Below are positions 61,950 to 64,000 of a stretch of 64,000 nt of DNA, piece after piece. The stretch lies in the sequence record CP063550.1. One strand, 5' to 3'. Each line of letters begins with the position of its first letter. The first letter of the stretch is position 1. The notes beneath the pieces were generated by a model that had not been told where the DNA came from, searched no databases, and saw nothing but the letters and a program-made list of their open reading frames with translations. Source of the DNA: a plasmid. Made by a program: the position numbers and the translations under genes.

Positions 61950-63633
61950 AATGAATACGATTATTAAGCAAATTGAGAAGGGAAAACCGTTTTTTGAAAA
62001 AATCTCACGTAATATTTATTTAGGGGCAATTCGCGATGGCTTTTTAACTGCTATGCCAGCTATTCTATTTTCAAGTATTTTTATTATGATTGCGGCTGTT
62101 CCAGAAGTATTTAACGTGACGTTACCAGAGGCATTCTCGACGTGGCTTTGGAAAGTTTATGGTTATTCAATGGGATTAGTTGGTCTTTTGGTTGTTGCTA
62201 CAACAGCTCGATGTTTAGCTAATTCAATGAACCGTCAATTATCTGATTCAGGTAAGCAGATTAATGAAGTTTCTGTTATGTTAGCGTCAATTTGTGGTTT
62301 TGTAATGATGGCAGCTGATCAAATTGATGGTGGGATAGCTACTGATTATTTAGGGACAAAGGGATTATTAGCAGCTTTCGTTTCTGCGTTTGTTACTGTA
62401 AATGTGTATAAATTCTGTGTTAAAAGAGATTTGACGATCCGTATGCCAAAAGAAGTTCCCGGAACAATCACACAGATGTTTAGAGATATTATCCCCTTTT
62501 CAATTGCAGTATTTATTGCCGTTTTGATTGATACGGGAGTTCGTCAATTTTTTGGAACATCATTTGCAGCAGGTGTAATTCAATTATTGCAGCCATTATT
62601 TAGTGCTGCTGATGGATATGTCGGTATTGCAATCATTTGGGGAGCCATGGCAATGTTCTGGTTTGTTGGTGTTCATGGACCATCGATTGTTGAACCAGCG
62701 ATTGCTGCAATTATTTATGCGAACGTAGAAACTAACTTTGAATTATTTAAAAACGGTGCACAAGCCTCAAAAGTATTAACAGTTGGTCTAGGAAACTTTG
62801 TTGGAACGATGGGTGGTACTGGAGCGACACTAGTTGTTCCTTTTCTGTTCATGTTGTTCGCTAAATCAAAACAATTGAAAGCAGTTGGTAAAGCTTCATT
62901 TATTCCAGTTTCGTTTGCGGTAAATGAACCGTTACTATTTGCTACTCCTATTATTTTGAATCCGTACTTTCTAATTCCATTTTTATTAGCACCAATCGCT
63001 AACGTATGGATATTCAAACTTTTTGTCGATGTCTTGGGGATGAATAGCTTTATATCCGTATTGCCTTGGGCGACGCCCGCACCGATTGGCTTGGTTTTAG
63101 GAACCGGGTTTAGTGTGTTGGCGATTGTATTAGCGGTAGTATTGATTGTTGTCGATGCGATTATTTATTTACCTTTTGTTAAGGCCTATGATTCTGAATT
63201 AGTAGAACAAGAGTTAAAAAACATTGCTGCAGAAGAAGTAAAAGAAGAATTGGTCGAAGAAATCCAAGAAGTTGGTGCAACTGCGGCAGTTATAGTTGAT
63301 GAAGCAAAAGCATCGGTTGGTGAAGGAAAGCGCGTTTTAGTACTTTGTGCTGGTGCCGGAACGAGTGCAATGTTGGCTAATGCATTAGAAGAGGGCGCAA
63401 AAGAGACAGGTGTTAATCTTTCTGCTAAAGCAGGAGCTTATGGTTCTCATTATGATATGATGAAAAATTTTGATTTAATCGTTCTAGCACCTCAAGTGAA
63501 TTCCTATTTGGATGATCTCCGTAAAGATGCAGACAAATTAGGGATAAAAGTAATTGCAACTAAAGGTGCAGAATATATCAATTTAACACGTGATCCTAAA
63601 GGAGCAGTTGATTTTGTATTGAAGCAATTTTAG
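61950..63633 (+). CDS. lacE: PTS lactose/cellobiose-family EIICB fusion (LacE-like).
   Basis: The start is placed at MNTIIKQIEKGKPFF (RBS ggagaag), not inside the IS. It has about 10 TM segments plus a C-terminal EIIB domain with the phospho-Cys block LVLCAGAGTSAMLAN. Confidence 0.75.
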
Positions 63634-63650
63634 AGCTTGCTTAGATTAAT

Positions 63651-63684
63651 AAAGCGCTAGCCAACTTAGCTAGCGTTTTATCTT
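63651..63684 (+). terminator. Rho-independent terminator after lacE.
   Basis: The hairpin aaagcgctagc/gctagcgtttt is followed by a T-rich tract. Confidence 0.65.
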
Positions 63685-63744
63685 AAACACAATGGTAAGC
63701 GCTATCTTTTTTTGCTGTTTAAATTTCGGGTATTCTTTTTGAGG

Positions 63745-64000
63745 CGTCGATTGTAAAATTAAGCTAGACAACTAAAAAGATCATTTGTGCTACACTCAAA
63801 ATAGTTCCGACCAAAGAATTAATAAGGAGTGAGTACAAATGACCTACACCCATCTTACAACAGACGAACTAGTAATCATAGAGTCTTATTTCAATATCGA
63901 GAAACCTGTCGCTCTTGTCGCACAAAGTTTAAATCGCTCTAGACAAACCATTTATAATGTTTATTCGTTTCTCAAACAAGGAAAAAAGTGCTAGATTATT
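63745..64000 (+). mobile_element. Second IS30-family copy (left end and transposase N-terminus), cut by the window end.
   Basis: The left-end sequence cgattgtaaaattaagctagacaactaaaaag is identical to that at 39634. The N-terminus MTYTHLTTDELVIIESYF matches the 39723 gene. Confidence 0.7.

Overview
Low-GC Firmicute DNA with a typically enterococcal IS complement (IS1216/IS6, IS256-family, ISL3, IS66, IS982-like, IS30, IS3, IS21 and Tn3-family remnants). It most plausibly comes from an Enterococcus (faecium-like) plasmid or accessory island. It carries ParA/ParB-like partition genes, two type II toxin-antitoxin pairs and a conjugative coupling-protein remnant. The window is a mosaic of carbohydrate-utilisation modules broken up by at least 19 insertion-sequence copies or remnants.

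Read from left to right:
- a T4SS coupling protein remnant, an S11 D,D-carboxypeptidase and a VanZ-like gene;
- two inverted IS982-like copies (2774-3813 and 38245-39284) that bracket about 34 kb of cargo;
- inside that cargo, a sigma-54/LevR-controlled mannose-family PTS with an SIS deglycase (Amadori-product, gfr/frl-like locus);
- a nested IS cluster: ISL3, IS66, ISL3, IS256-family;
- a second frlB/frlD/frlR-like cluster, whose amidohydrolase is cleanly split by an IS256-family insertion with an 8-bp target duplication, followed by a YfcC transporter;
- an Rgg regulator with a signal-peptide-less ApbE and two NAD(P)H-FMN reductases, one of which ends in three tandem flavinylation-like motifs;
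- an XRE / unknown protein / DEDDh-exonuclease-NUMOD operon, which I flag as a candidate novel defence module;
- outside the IS982 pair, IS30, IS21 and Tn3-family remnants, a sucrose/fructan ABC-GH32-fructokinase cluster and an IS3 element;
- a chimeric IS1216 copy, a MazE/RelE-like toxin-antitoxin pair with its operator, ParAB-like genes, and a lactose PTS locus (lacE/lacG/lacF-like) scrambled and truncated by IS1216 copies.

All functional calls rest on motif-level reading of the translated ORFs and direct inspection of repeats. No database searches were possible.
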